DNA from: Clostridia bacterium | GTDB taxonomy: Bacteria > Bacillota > Bacilli > Brevibacillales > Brevibacillaceae | DNA: 32,608 nt | Direction: 5' to 3' | Assembly (NCBI GenBank): GCA_050262535.1 | Contig: JBLNEJ010000042.1 | Span: 1-32,608 of the forward strand | In this document: positions 6,988 through 14,849 of the stretch, piece by piece | How positions within the stretch are numbered: position 1 is the first letter of the stretch | How the letters are laid out: every line of letters starts with the position of its first letter | Position numbers and translations under genes: made by a program | Notes under the pieces: model-generated | The model's database searches: none | Told to the model about the DNA's origin: nothing | Seen by the model: only the letters and a program-made list of their open reading frames with translations

Positions 6988-9330
6988 ATGAGTGCAACAC
7001 GCGACGAGGAACAGCAACAGGTTGAACGAGTGATTGCCGAAACCGATCGCCGCATCGCATCTCTTGAGCAGCAGGTAAGTGACGTGGCCGCAGATATCGT
7101 GGACATTCGCACACATTTTTGGGATGATGTGACCGTCAATTTTGACGCGCCTGAGGAAGCAATGGAAACCTATGCCAGCATGAAGCAGCAGGCTGAGGTT
7201 CTATCGGAGCGGGAACGTACCCACCAGCATGCGAGCAAACAGCTCAAGACGTTAAAGCGTCTGCGTCGTTCCCCGTATTTCGGCCGGATTGATTTTCAGG
7301 AGGAAGACCAATCCCACGCAGAAACGCTTTATGTCGGCATCGCCTCGCTTTTGGATGAACACGAGGATCATTTTTTGATTTACGATTGGCGCGCCCCGGT
7401 TTCCAGTCTGTATTACGACTTTTCCCCCGGGCCGGCTCACTATGAAACACCAGGCGGCACCATCTCGGGCGTAATGGAGCTCAAGCGCCAGTTTATGATT
7501 GCGGATGGCGTGATCCAGAGCATGTTCGACACCGATGTGACGATTGGCGACGAGCTGCTGCAGGATGTTCTCGGAAAACAAGCCAGCACCCAAATGAAAA
7601 GCATCGTGGCGACGATCCAGAAGGAGCAAAATCGTTTGATCCGCAATGAACGGGGACGCGTACTTGTGGTCCAAGGGGCAGCGGGAAGCGGCAAAACGTC
7701 CGCTGCTTTGCAGCGGGTCGCCTACCTGCTGTATCGCTTTCGCACCACGCTGCGCGCCGATCAGATCGTGCTCTTTTCGCCTAATCCGCTGTTTAACAGC
7801 TATGTTTCTACGGTGCTTCCCGAACTTGGTGAAGAGAATATGCAGCAGGCCACCTATCAGGAATATTTGGAGCATCGACTCGGCGGCCGCTTTTTGCTGG
7901 AAGATCCTTTTTCCCAGCTGGAATATGTCCATACGGCCATGCGCGAATCCGGCTATGAGGCGCGGATGGCAGGGATTCGATTCAAGTCGTCTTTCCCCTT
8001 TATTCATATGATTGAACGTTATGTGGAGCGCTTGCGAACATCCGGGATGCACTTTAGCGACATTCGCTTTCGCGGGCGCGTCTTGATCTCCGGCGAGCAG
8101 ATCAAGGAGCGCTTTTACGCGCTTGATTCATCTCTGGCCATCCCGAACCGGATTGGTCTTCTCACCGACATGCTGCTTGCCGACTTGAAAGCATGTGCGG
8201 CTCGTGAGCGCAAAAAGCCGTGGGTGGAAGAAGAGGTGCAGTTGCTCGACAAAGATGCTTTCGCGAAGGTGTATCAGCAGCTTCGCCGGAAAAAGCGACT
8301 CTCCGGGGATACGTTCGATGACTTTGACATGGAGCAAAAACTGCTTGCCAACATGGTTGTTGCCGATGCGTTCAAGCCGTTGCGGCAGCAAGTGAAGCAG
8401 GCCAGCTTCGTGGATGTGCAGGCTATCTACCGCCAATTGTTTGATGATTCCGGCCTTGTGAGCGAGCTGGGCCATGCCATCGAGCTTCCCGATCAATGGG
8501 AAGAGATGTGCCAGCAGACCGTGATGAAGCTGGATCAAGGCGAGCTTTCCTACGAGGATGCGACGCCCTATCTGTACCTGCAGGAGCAGCTGGAAGGCTT
8601 CCAGACCAACACTGCCGTGCGCCATGTCCTGATCGATGAGGCGCAGGATTATTCCGCGTTCCAGTTTGCGTTTATCAAGCGTCTTTTTCCCTATAGCAAG
8701 CTGACTGTGCTTGGTGATCTGAATCAGGCTATTTACGCACACGCTGATGCCGCCGATTTTGGCCCGTTAGCGGTCCTCTATGGAGAAGCACAGACCGAGA
8801 CGATCATGCTGACGCGCAGCTATCGGTCGACCCGACAGATTGTCGAATTCACACGCCATCTCTTGGCGGGGGCACCCCTAATCGTGCCTTTCAACAGAAA
8901 CGGTCCGCTTCCCACGATAACAAAAACCGCAAGCCCCGTGGAGCTTGCGGTGTTGATCAAAGAACGCATCCGTTCCCTGGAGGCAGTCGGTCACCGATCG
9001 ATTGCCGTCATTTGCAAAACAGCAAAGGAATGCGAGGATGCATACACGGCATTGAAGGAAGAGCTTCCCTTGCGCCTGATTGACAAGGAAACCGTTTCCT
9101 TTGAACCGGGCACGCTGGTTATCCCTGCTTATTTGGCCAAAGGGGTGGAGTTCGATGCGGTCGTGCTCTATAACAGTTCCTCTGCGCAATATGGGCGAGA
9201 AAGCGAGCGAAAGCTTCTTTATACGGCCTGCACGCGTGCCATGCACGAGCTTCATGTTTACAGTCTGGGTGATTTCAGCCCCTTCTTCGCCTCTGCCCCT
9301 CCCGAGACGTATGTCGCGGAAAACATGTGA
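6988..9330 (+). CDS. helD: RNA polymerase recycling motor ATPase HelD (SF1 helicase-like)
   Basis: SPYFGRIDF, LIYDWRAPVSSLYY, MKSIVATIQKEQN, Walker A GAAGSGKT, DEAQD, GDLNQ, SYRST, AKGVEFD, YTACTRAMHEL; about 780 aa. Start ATG 6988 with GAGGGTG RBS. Confidence 0.95.
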   Translation: MSATRDEEQQQVERVIAETDRRIASLEQQVSDVAADIVDIRTHFWDDVTVNFDAPEEAMETYASMKQQAEVLSERERTHQHASKQLKTLKRLRRSPYFGRIDFQEEDQSHAETLYVGIASLLDEHEDHFLIYDWRAPVSSLYYDFSPGPAHYETPGGTISGVMELKRQFMIADGVIQSMFDTDVTIGDELLQDVLGKQASTQMKSIVATIQKEQNRLIRNERGRVLVVQGAAGSGKTSAALQRVAYLLYRFRTTLRADQIVLFSPNPLFNSYVSTVLPELGEENMQQATYQEYLEHRLGGRFLLEDPFSQLEYVHTAMRESGYEARMAGIRFKSSFPFIHMIERYVERLRTSGMHFSDIRFRGRVLISGEQIKERFYALDSSLAIPNRIGLLTDMLLADLKACAARERKKPWVEEEVQLLDKDAFAKVYQQLRRKKRLSGDTFDDFDMEQKLLANMVVADAFKPLRQQVKQASFVDVQAIYRQLFDDSGLVSELGHAIELPDQWEEMCQQTVMKLDQGELSYEDATPYLYLQEQLEGFQTNTAVRHVLIDEAQDYSAFQFAFIKRLFPYSKLTVLGDLNQAIYAHADAADFGPLAVLYGEAQTETIMLTRSYRSTRQIVEFTRHLLAGAPLIVPFNRNGPLPTITKTASPVELAVLIKERIRSLEAVGHRSIAVICKTAKECEDAYTALKEELPLRLIDKETVSFEPGTLVIPAYLAKGVEFDAVVLYNSSSAQYGRESERKLLYTACTRAMHELHVYSLGDFSPFFASAPPETYVAENM

Positions 9331-9333
9331 TCG

Positions 9334-10722
9334 CTACACCATTCTCTCCGGACGCAACGCTTCTTCCATCCGCCCGTCCATTATGCCCTGCTCGACAATA
9401 ACGTCGCGCAGGGTTTTGTTTTCTGCATAGGCTTGTTTGGCAATTTGAGCGGCTCGGTCATAGCCGATCAACGGATTGAGCGCCGTCACCAGCGACAGGC
9501 TCGATTCCACCCAGTGACGGCATTGCGCTTCGTCGGCTTCCATTCCGATGATACACCTGTTCGTTAACACTTCACTTGCATTGGCAAGGATCGTGATCGA
9601 TTGAAGCAGATTGTATGCGATGACCGGCATCATTACGTTGATTTCCAGCTGGCTCCCGTTGGCTGCTGTCGTGATCGTCGCATCGTTGCCAATCACCTGG
9701 CTGGCCACCATATAGACCATTTCCAGTATGACCGGATTGACCTTGCCGGGCATGATCGACGAACCTGGCTGAACAGCCGGCAGCCTGAGCTCTGCCAACC
9801 CGGTTCGCGGGCCAGAGCTGAGCAAACGGAGATCACTTGTTATTTTGATCAAATGCACGGCTATTTCACGAAGCAGTCCGCTGATACGCAGGGCTGCCGA
9901 TGTATTTTGCATGAAGGCAAACCGGTTTTGGGGTGCACGAAACGGCAATCCGGTACGCCGCCCAATTTCGGCTATCGATTGCGAGGCATAATCGGGATGC
10001 GCATTGATGCCGGTTCCAACCGCGTTTCCACCCAAGCCGATTTCGAACAAAACCTCCAGTCCTGCCTTTATATCGCGTGTCATTGCCGTGATCGTCTGGG
10101 CGTAGCCGGAGAACTCCTGCCCCAAGCGGATCGGAACAGCGTCCTGCAAATGGGTTCGCCCCGATTTGATGATCGGCATCCATTGCTCAGCCTTTTGCCA
10201 CAAGCTTTTTTCAAGCGTGTTCAAGGCTGGCAGCAGATGATGCACGATTTGCTCGGCAGCGGCAATATTGATGGCAACATGAATCGTATCATTGGTGGAC
10301 TGGGCCATGTTGACATGATCATTCGGATGCACCTGCTGCTGCTCGCGATCACCCAACAGTTCGTTGGCCCGGTTGGCGATCACTTCGTTTGCGTTCATGT
10401 TTTGCGACGTTCCTGCCCCCGCCTGAAAGGCATCGACAACGAAATGAGAATCCCATCTGCCAGCAATCACTTCCTCGGCCGCTTGCAAAATAGCAGCCCC
10501 CAACTTGGGATCAAGCTGATTCAACCGCATATTGGCTGCTGCCGCAGAGGCCTTGATGATCGCTTGCGCCCGAATAAAGGCACGGGGCAGTCTGAGTCCG
10601 CTGATCGGAAAATTCTCGACCGCCCGTTGTGTTTGAGCACCGTACATCGCCTCCCGCGGTACCTTCACCTCACCAAGCGAGTCTTTCATGATGCGATACG
10701 TCTGTTCTACTGTCGTTGTCAT
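9334..10722 (-). CDS. Class II fumarate hydratase / aspartate ammonia-lyase family protein
   Basis: YGAQTQRAVENF, GTSQNMNANEV, HPNDHVN.AQSTND, GRTHLQDA, GSSIMPGKVNP. FumC versus AspA cannot be resolved by eye. Confidence 0.92.
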   Translation of the reverse strand: MTTTVEQTYRIMKDSLGEVKVPREAMYGAQTQRAVENFPISGLRLPRAFIRAQAIIKASAAAANMRLNQLDPKLGAAILQAAEEVIAGRWDSHFVVDAFQAGAGTSQNMNANEVIANRANELLGDREQQQVHPNDHVNMAQSTNDTIHVAINIAAAEQIVHHLLPALNTLEKSLWQKAEQWMPIIKSGRTHLQDAVPIRLGQEFSGYAQTITAMTRDIKAGLEVLFEIGLGGNAVGTGINAHPDYASQSIAEIGRRTGLPFRAPQNRFAFMQNTSAALRISGLLREIAVHLIKITSDLRLLSSGPRTGLAELRLPAVQPGSSIMPGKVNPVILEMVYMVASQVIGNDATITTAANGSQLEINVMMPVIAYNLLQSITILANASEVLTNRCIIGMEADEAQCRHWVESSLSLVTALNPLIGYDRAAQIAKQAYAENKTLRDVIVEQGIMDGRMEEALRPERMV

Positions 10723-10756
10723 CGAGTACGCTCCTTTGTTCTGGCTGTCTCCTCAT

Positions 10757-10786
10757 TAGGGTGTCAACGTAGCGAGGGGTTCATGC
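10757..10786 (-). promoter_or_regulatory. Possible sigmaG/sigmaF forespore promoter of the fumarase/aspartase gene
   Basis: GCATG-N18-CACCCTA versus sigmaG consensus GHATR-N18-CATNNTA. Confidence 0.4.
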
Positions 10787-10886
10787 TAAAAAATTGCAAA
10801 GCCAGCAAAGTGCGGCAGAAGGAAGACGGAGAAAACGCTACAGGTCGGTGGATCACTCGCTTGGAGGCAACGCTGCCCACCCTATC

Positions 10887-10944
10887 AAAAAAGCGGCTGC
10901 CACTGCTTGTTTTGAAAAACCAAGCAGATAACAGCCACTTTTTT
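10887..10944. terminator. Bidirectional-type intrinsic terminator after the Lgt-like gene
   Basis: aaaaaagcggctgccactgcttg / caagcagataacagccactttttt imperfect inverted repeat with T/A tails. Confidence 0.75.
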
Positions 10945-11548
10945 AAAATACGATCCCCGCACAGATCCCGGCTACTACAACGACGAATCGCTCCAGGGAC
11001 TGCTGGGGCCTGCGCCTGCGATGCCATTCATACAGTCCAAACAGCAAAAGCGATGCGGCCGCTTCGAGCAGATTGGCAGGCAAATAGGTTGTTCCATCCT
11101 GCGACCAGCCCCACCCGGATGTCGGAGGACCGTATTTCTTGACCACGAGCGCATAGCCTGCCTGAAACAGCACATATGCAGCCAGCAGCCGTTCGACTGC
11201 CGCCCAATGCAGCCATTTTCCCTTGTATGCACCATATATGAACCAGAGCCCGGCCAGTACAATCCCGCCTTCCACTGCATAGGCTCCCCCTACATAAAGC
11301 AGGAGGCTCAACGGATTTTCAAGCAGCTTCGGCCATTGCTCCACCAGCGGCCACAGCTTGTAGACGAGCACATACACAACGACCGCCGAAAACAATCGAT
11401 CCGCAAATGCTTTTCCCCATTCCTCATCAGCATGCTTGGCGACATAGGTCAAATAGAGGTACACAGCCAGTCCGCCAATGAGATAACCAATCATCGGAAC
11501 GCCTACAGACAGTCCCCCGACGGTAAGCGCAGCACCAGACTCAAACAT
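10943..11548 (-). CDS. Membrane protein distantly related to prolipoprotein diacylglyceryl transferase (Lgt-like, catalytic motifs degenerate)
   Basis: Six or seven TMs; Lgt-like layout NPLSLL...GG...GG, YGPPT..WG, LPANLLE. Start ATG 11548 with GGAGGGAG RBS. Confidence 0.6.
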   Translation of the reverse strand: MFESGAALTVGGLSVGVPMIGYLIGGLAVYLYLTYVAKHADEEWGKAFADRLFSAVVVYVLVYKLWPLVEQWPKLLENPLSLLLYVGGAYAVEGGIVLAGLWFIYGAYKGKWLHWAAVERLLAAYVLFQAGYALVVKKYGPPTSGWGWSQDGTTYLPANLLEAAASLLLFGLYEWHRRRRPQQSLERFVVVVAGICAGIVF

Positions 11549-11564
11549 GTTGCTCCCTCCCTTT

Positions 11565-12086
11565 TCAGCGCAAGTAAGGCGCCAGCACGCGTTCCATTTC
11601 GGCAGGGGTGACGGCTCCGATTTTTTTGAACACAATCGTTCCCTGTGGATCAAGAATAAAGCTGGTCGGCATCGCACTTACCTGATAAAGCTTGCTCACC
11701 GTTCCCGATTCATCCAGTACGACCGGATAGTTGACCGAATATTCACGGACAAACGCGCGCGCATCGTCCGCACTGTCCAGATTGGTTACGTTGACGGCGA
11801 TCATCCCAACTCGATCTTTCTGTACTTCATAAAATGCAACCAGATCCGGTGTCTCGACCTTGCACGGACCACACCATGACGCCCAAAAATTCACCACCAC
11901 CGGCTTGCCCGCCATGCTTGCCAGTGAAAGCTCCTTTCCATCAAGGTTCGGCAATGCAAATGGCGCGGCCTTGTAGCCGACCTCAGGGAGCGTGGGAACA
12001 TCCGTCGCTCCCTGTCTTCCGTTGTTCCAGAATGTAAACCCGACAATCGCAACCAGTGCGATCAGCAACAATATCTGCTTTTTCAT
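11565..12086 (-). CDS. TlpA/ResA-family membrane-anchored thiol-disulfide oxidoreductase
   Basis: N-terminal TM, G..AAPFAL, GKPVVVNFWASWCGPC..E.P, cis-Pro motif MPTSFILD..G. Confidence 0.93.
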   Translation of the reverse strand: MKKQILLLIALVAIVGFTFWNNGRQGATDVPTLPEVGYKAAPFALPNLDGKELSLASMAGKPVVVNFWASWCGPCKVETPDLVAFYEVQKDRVGMIAVNVTNLDSADDARAFVREYSVNYPVVLDESGTVSKLYQVSAMPTSFILDPQGTIVFKKIGAVTPAEMERVLAPYLR

Positions 12087-12091
12087 ATTTG

Positions 12092-12262
12092 TTAGGCTCC
12101 TTCAGCGGCCGATTCGTATTCCGCACGGACAAGCTCCTGGTAAATCGGCCCGTTTTGCAGCAGCACGTCATGTGTTCCTGCTTCTTTCACTCTACCGTCC
12201 TGCATCACATAAATCAAATCGGCATTGCGGATCGTTGACAATCGGTGGGCAATGCCAATGTA
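12092..12262 (-). pseudogene. 3' remnant of an ABC exporter (MsbA/Sav1866-type) ATP-binding domain
   Basis: Manual translation: [56 protein letters not shown] (stop 12092-12094). H-loop IAHRLSTI is present; Walker A/B and TMD are absent. Confidence 0.85.
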
Positions 12263-12285
12263 CAAAAACAGGGAATGTCTTACAA

Positions 12286-12329
12286 AATTTTCAGTATATA
12301 TTCACTACAATTTTCCATTTTGTTATAAT
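12286..12329 (+). promoter_or_regulatory. sigmaA promoter of oppA-like gene with adjacent CodY-like box
   Basis: TTCACT (12301-12306) - 17 bp - TATAAT (12324-12329) with TG; AATTTTCAGTATATA (12286-12300) matches 12/15 of AATTTTCWGAAAATT. Confidence 0.6.
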
Positions 12330-12363
12330 GGCACAAAACACAATGGAAAGAAGTGGTGGCTGC

Positions 12364-13959
12364 TTGTTCTTTAAACATCTCGTCGTAGCAGTATCTCTAT
12401 TGCTGTCGGCTACCCCGGCCGTACCTGCTCATGAACCTCCCGCACCGATCGAATCACGGGTGAAGGAGCCTGGGACGCTTTATCTGAATCTCGCGAGCGA
12501 GCCGATCACCCTTGACCCAGGACTTGCGTCTGACTCCTCATCCGGCAACATGATTCGCGCCCTGTTTGACGGCTTGACCCGGAAGGAATCAACCGAGAAG
12601 CCGGTTCCATCTGTTGCGGAAAAGATCGACATCTCTGCCGACAAGCTTGCCTATACTTTCACGCTGCGGAAAACAAAATGGAGCAATGGTGAGCCTTTGA
12701 CAGCCCATGACTTTGAATATGCCTGGAAGCGTGTGCTCGCCAAAGAAACCAAGTCTGAGTACGCGTTTCTGCTGTACCCGATCAAAAATGCGGAAAAGGC
12801 CAACAAGGGCGAGGTCCCGATGGACCAGGTCGGCGTGAAAGCGTTGAACAATGACACGCTGCAGGTTGAACTGGAGCATCCGACCCCGTACTTTTTGGAG
12901 CTAACCTCCTTTTATACATACTATCCCGTTCCGAAAAAACTGGTTGCATCCAACCCGAAATGGGCCAAAGATCCAAAAGCGATTGTGGGCAACGGACCGT
13001 TTCTCATTAAAAATTGGGAGCGCAGAAGCAAGCTTGTCCTGGAAAAAAACAATCAATACTGGGATGAGAAGAACGTTTCTGTGAAGAGAGTCGATTTTTC
13101 CATGTTCCAAGACTCCGAAATGGAGTGGAGCATGTTCGACAATGGAGACCTGGATTGGGCCGGTTCACCATTTGGCAGCTTACCCACAGAGGCTGTTTAT
13201 GTCCTTAACGGAATGGATAATTTCACGAACAGTGCGGTCGATGGCGTGTACTGGTACAAATTCAACACCGAACGTCCACCGTTCCAAAACGAAAAAATTC
13301 GCAAAGCATTCGCCTATGCCGTAAACCGCGAGGAAATCTCCTCTTATTACGGATCTCCCGCAACAAGCGTGCTTCCACCGCGAATGGCCGTTCAGCAAGG
13401 CGGTTATTTCAAGGACTACGATGTGGACAAAGCCAAACAATTGCTTCAGGAGGGCATGAAGGAATTGGGATTGAAACAATTGCCCCCCATTACCTTGACG
13501 TACAACTCAGGGTCCGGGCATCTGTTTGTCGCGGAAATAGTTGCCGACCAGTGGAAAGAAGCGTTGGGCGTTGACGTAAAACTGCAAGAGCTTCCTTGGG
13601 TCAAACATCAGGAAAACCAGAGCAAAGGCAACTTCCAGATCGCACGCATGGGGTGGCTGGCTGACTATAACGACCCGAAGACGTTTTTGGAGATTTTCAA
13701 GGAGAAGAATGGGGCGAACAACGACACGCGTTGGGAAAACAAGAAATATGCTGAACTGCTCACCCAATCCGACTATGAATCAGACCCGGAAAAACGCCGC
13801 AAGCTGCTGGGGCAAGCCGAACAAATCCTGATGGATGAAATGCCGGTCATTCCCATCTATCACTATTTGCAAGGACATTTGAAAAGCGACCGGGTATCCG
13901 GCATCCTGGTGGACGGATTCGGAATGGGCGACTTGAAGTGGGCGAAGATTAACCAATAG
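12364..13959 (+). CDS. Peptide ABC transporter substrate-binding protein (OppA/DppE, family 5), orphan
   Basis: EPITLDP, LFDGL, YTFTLR..KWSNGEPLTAHDFEYAWKR, VGNGPF, GWLADYNDP, MPVIPIYHY. Likely start TTG 12364, not 11992. Confidence 0.93.
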   Translation: MFFKHLVVAVSLLLSATPAVPAHEPPAPIESRVKEPGTLYLNLASEPITLDPGLASDSSSGNMIRALFDGLTRKESTEKPVPSVAEKIDISADKLAYTFTLRKTKWSNGEPLTAHDFEYAWKRVLAKETKSEYAFLLYPIKNAEKANKGEVPMDQVGVKALNNDTLQVELEHPTPYFLELTSFYTYYPVPKKLVASNPKWAKDPKAIVGNGPFLIKNWERRSKLVLEKNNQYWDEKNVSVKRVDFSMFQDSEMEWSMFDNGDLDWAGSPFGSLPTEAVYVLNGMDNFTNSAVDGVYWYKFNTERPPFQNEKIRKAFAYAVNREEISSYYGSPATSVLPPRMAVQQGGYFKDYDVDKAKQLLQEGMKELGLKQLPPITLTYNSGSGHLFVAEIVADQWKEALGVDVKLQELPWVKHQENQSKGNFQIARMGWLADYNDPKTFLEIFKEKNGANNDTRWENKKYAELLTQSDYESDPEKRRKLLGQAEQILMDEMPVIPIYHYLQGHLKSDRVSGILVDGFGMGDLKWAKINQ

Positions 13960-13976
13960 CTTCGCACAAACCGAAG

Positions 13977-14015
13977 AAAAAAGCCGTAGCTCGCCGCTAC
14001 GGCTTTTGTTTTTTT
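13977..14015. terminator. Bidirectional intrinsic terminator (oppA / cupin)
   Basis: aaaagccgtagc (13979-13990) / gctacggctttt (13996-14007), flanked by A and T runs. Confidence 0.8.
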
Positions 14016-14317
14016 GCCAAGATAATGGAAACGACCGCTTGTTCACGCGACTCGTTGCGAATGCCTACCGATTCTTCTCCATTGATCTGAAGCAAATGCT
14101 CGCTTGTATGCACACATGTTGTATGGTCAGTCTTGACAGTGACTTTCCCTGACAACACATGCACGTAAACGGAGCAGCCCGGGTGCTGATGCGGGGGAAG
14201 AAATTGTCCCGGCTGGAGGGTGAGCAGCACCGCTTTGGAACCATCGGTTTGAAAAAGCATTTTGCGATGAAAGGGTTCCTTCGCTTCTACGTGCTCCGTC
14301 CATTTGATCAATTCCAT
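13997..14317 (-). CDS. Cupin domain protein
   Basis: LQPGQFLPPHQHPG..VYVHVLSGK cupin motif 1; GGAGG RBS; overlaps globin 3' end by 10 bp. Confidence 0.85.
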   Translation of the reverse strand: MELIKWTEHVEAKEPFHRKMLFQTDGSKAVLLTLQPGQFLPPHQHPGCSVYVHVLSGKVTVKTDHTTCVHTSEHLLQINGEESVGIRNESREQAVVSIILAKKQKP

Positions 14318-14778
14318 GCTGGACCCCTCCCATCGGCAGGCTCCCGCAAATCTTCTCTCTTAGGTTCGTCCGGCGTGTTGACCATAATGTGCGCAACCTG
14401 CGTCAGTCGATCATAAAAGAACTGGCGAGCCGGACCGGCCATACCAACCTCGTCCATCGCCTCCTTCATGCAAGAAAGCCATGCACATGCGCGCCGCGGA
14501 GTAATTTCGAACGGCAGATGGCGCATTCGCATCGCCGGTGGTCCGAATTGTTCACTATAAAGCGGCGGCCCGCCGAGAAACTGGGTTAAAAACAGCTTTT
14601 GCTTACGAGCGATCTCCTCGATCCCGTCCTGAAACAATGGACGCAGATCGCGGTTTCGCACAACCCGCGGATAAAAGGCGTCCACCAGCCTGCTGACGGT
14701 TTCCTCGCCCCCGAGCATGTCATAAGGCGTATGGTACTCAGGCTGCTCGTGTGTGGTTCGATCTGTCATCAACATCAT
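14308..14778 (-). CDS. Group II truncated hemoglobin (trHbO, YjbI-like)
   Basis: YDMLGG...LVDAFYPRV, LRPLF, KQKLFLTQFLGGPPLY, MRMRH (proximal His), AWLSCM, AHIMVN. Start may be 14769. Confidence 0.92.
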   Translation of the reverse strand: MMLMTDRTTHEQPEYHTPYDMLGGEETVSRLVDAFYPRVVRNRDLRPLFQDGIEEIARKQKLFLTQFLGGPPLYSEQFGPPAMRMRHLPFEITPRRACAWLSCMKEAMDEVGMAGPARQFFYDRLTQVAHIMVNTPDEPKREDLREPADGRGPAWN

Positions 14779-14806
14779 TCACCATCCCTTCAGCGCTGTT
14801 GTCTTC

Positions 14807-14849
14807 ATTATAGAAGCATGTGCACCGAAGCGATGTGATTTGAATCACC
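14807..14849 (-). promoter_or_regulatory. Fnr/Crp-type class II promoter for globin-cupin
   Basis: TGTGA-TTTGAA-TCACC (14834-14849; 9/10 of TGTGA-N6-TCACA), centred about 41.5 bp upstream of the +1 predicted from TATAAT (14812-14807); no consensus -35. Confidence 0.75.

Noticed and set aside
9601-11142. 513-aa plus-strand ORF
   Set aside because: Antisense shadow of the fumarase/aspartase and Lgt-like genes; no motifs, and it crosses a terminator.
11983-12171. 62-aa ORF beginning MTCCCK (possible Cys-rich peptide)
   Set aside because: Alternative frame of the ABC remnant that overlaps tlpA; the other frame carries the clear conserved motif.
11992-12363. N-terminal extension of OppA in the ORF track
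   Set aside because: Overlaps tlpA, the ABC remnant and the oppA promoter; the signal peptide begins at TTG 12364.
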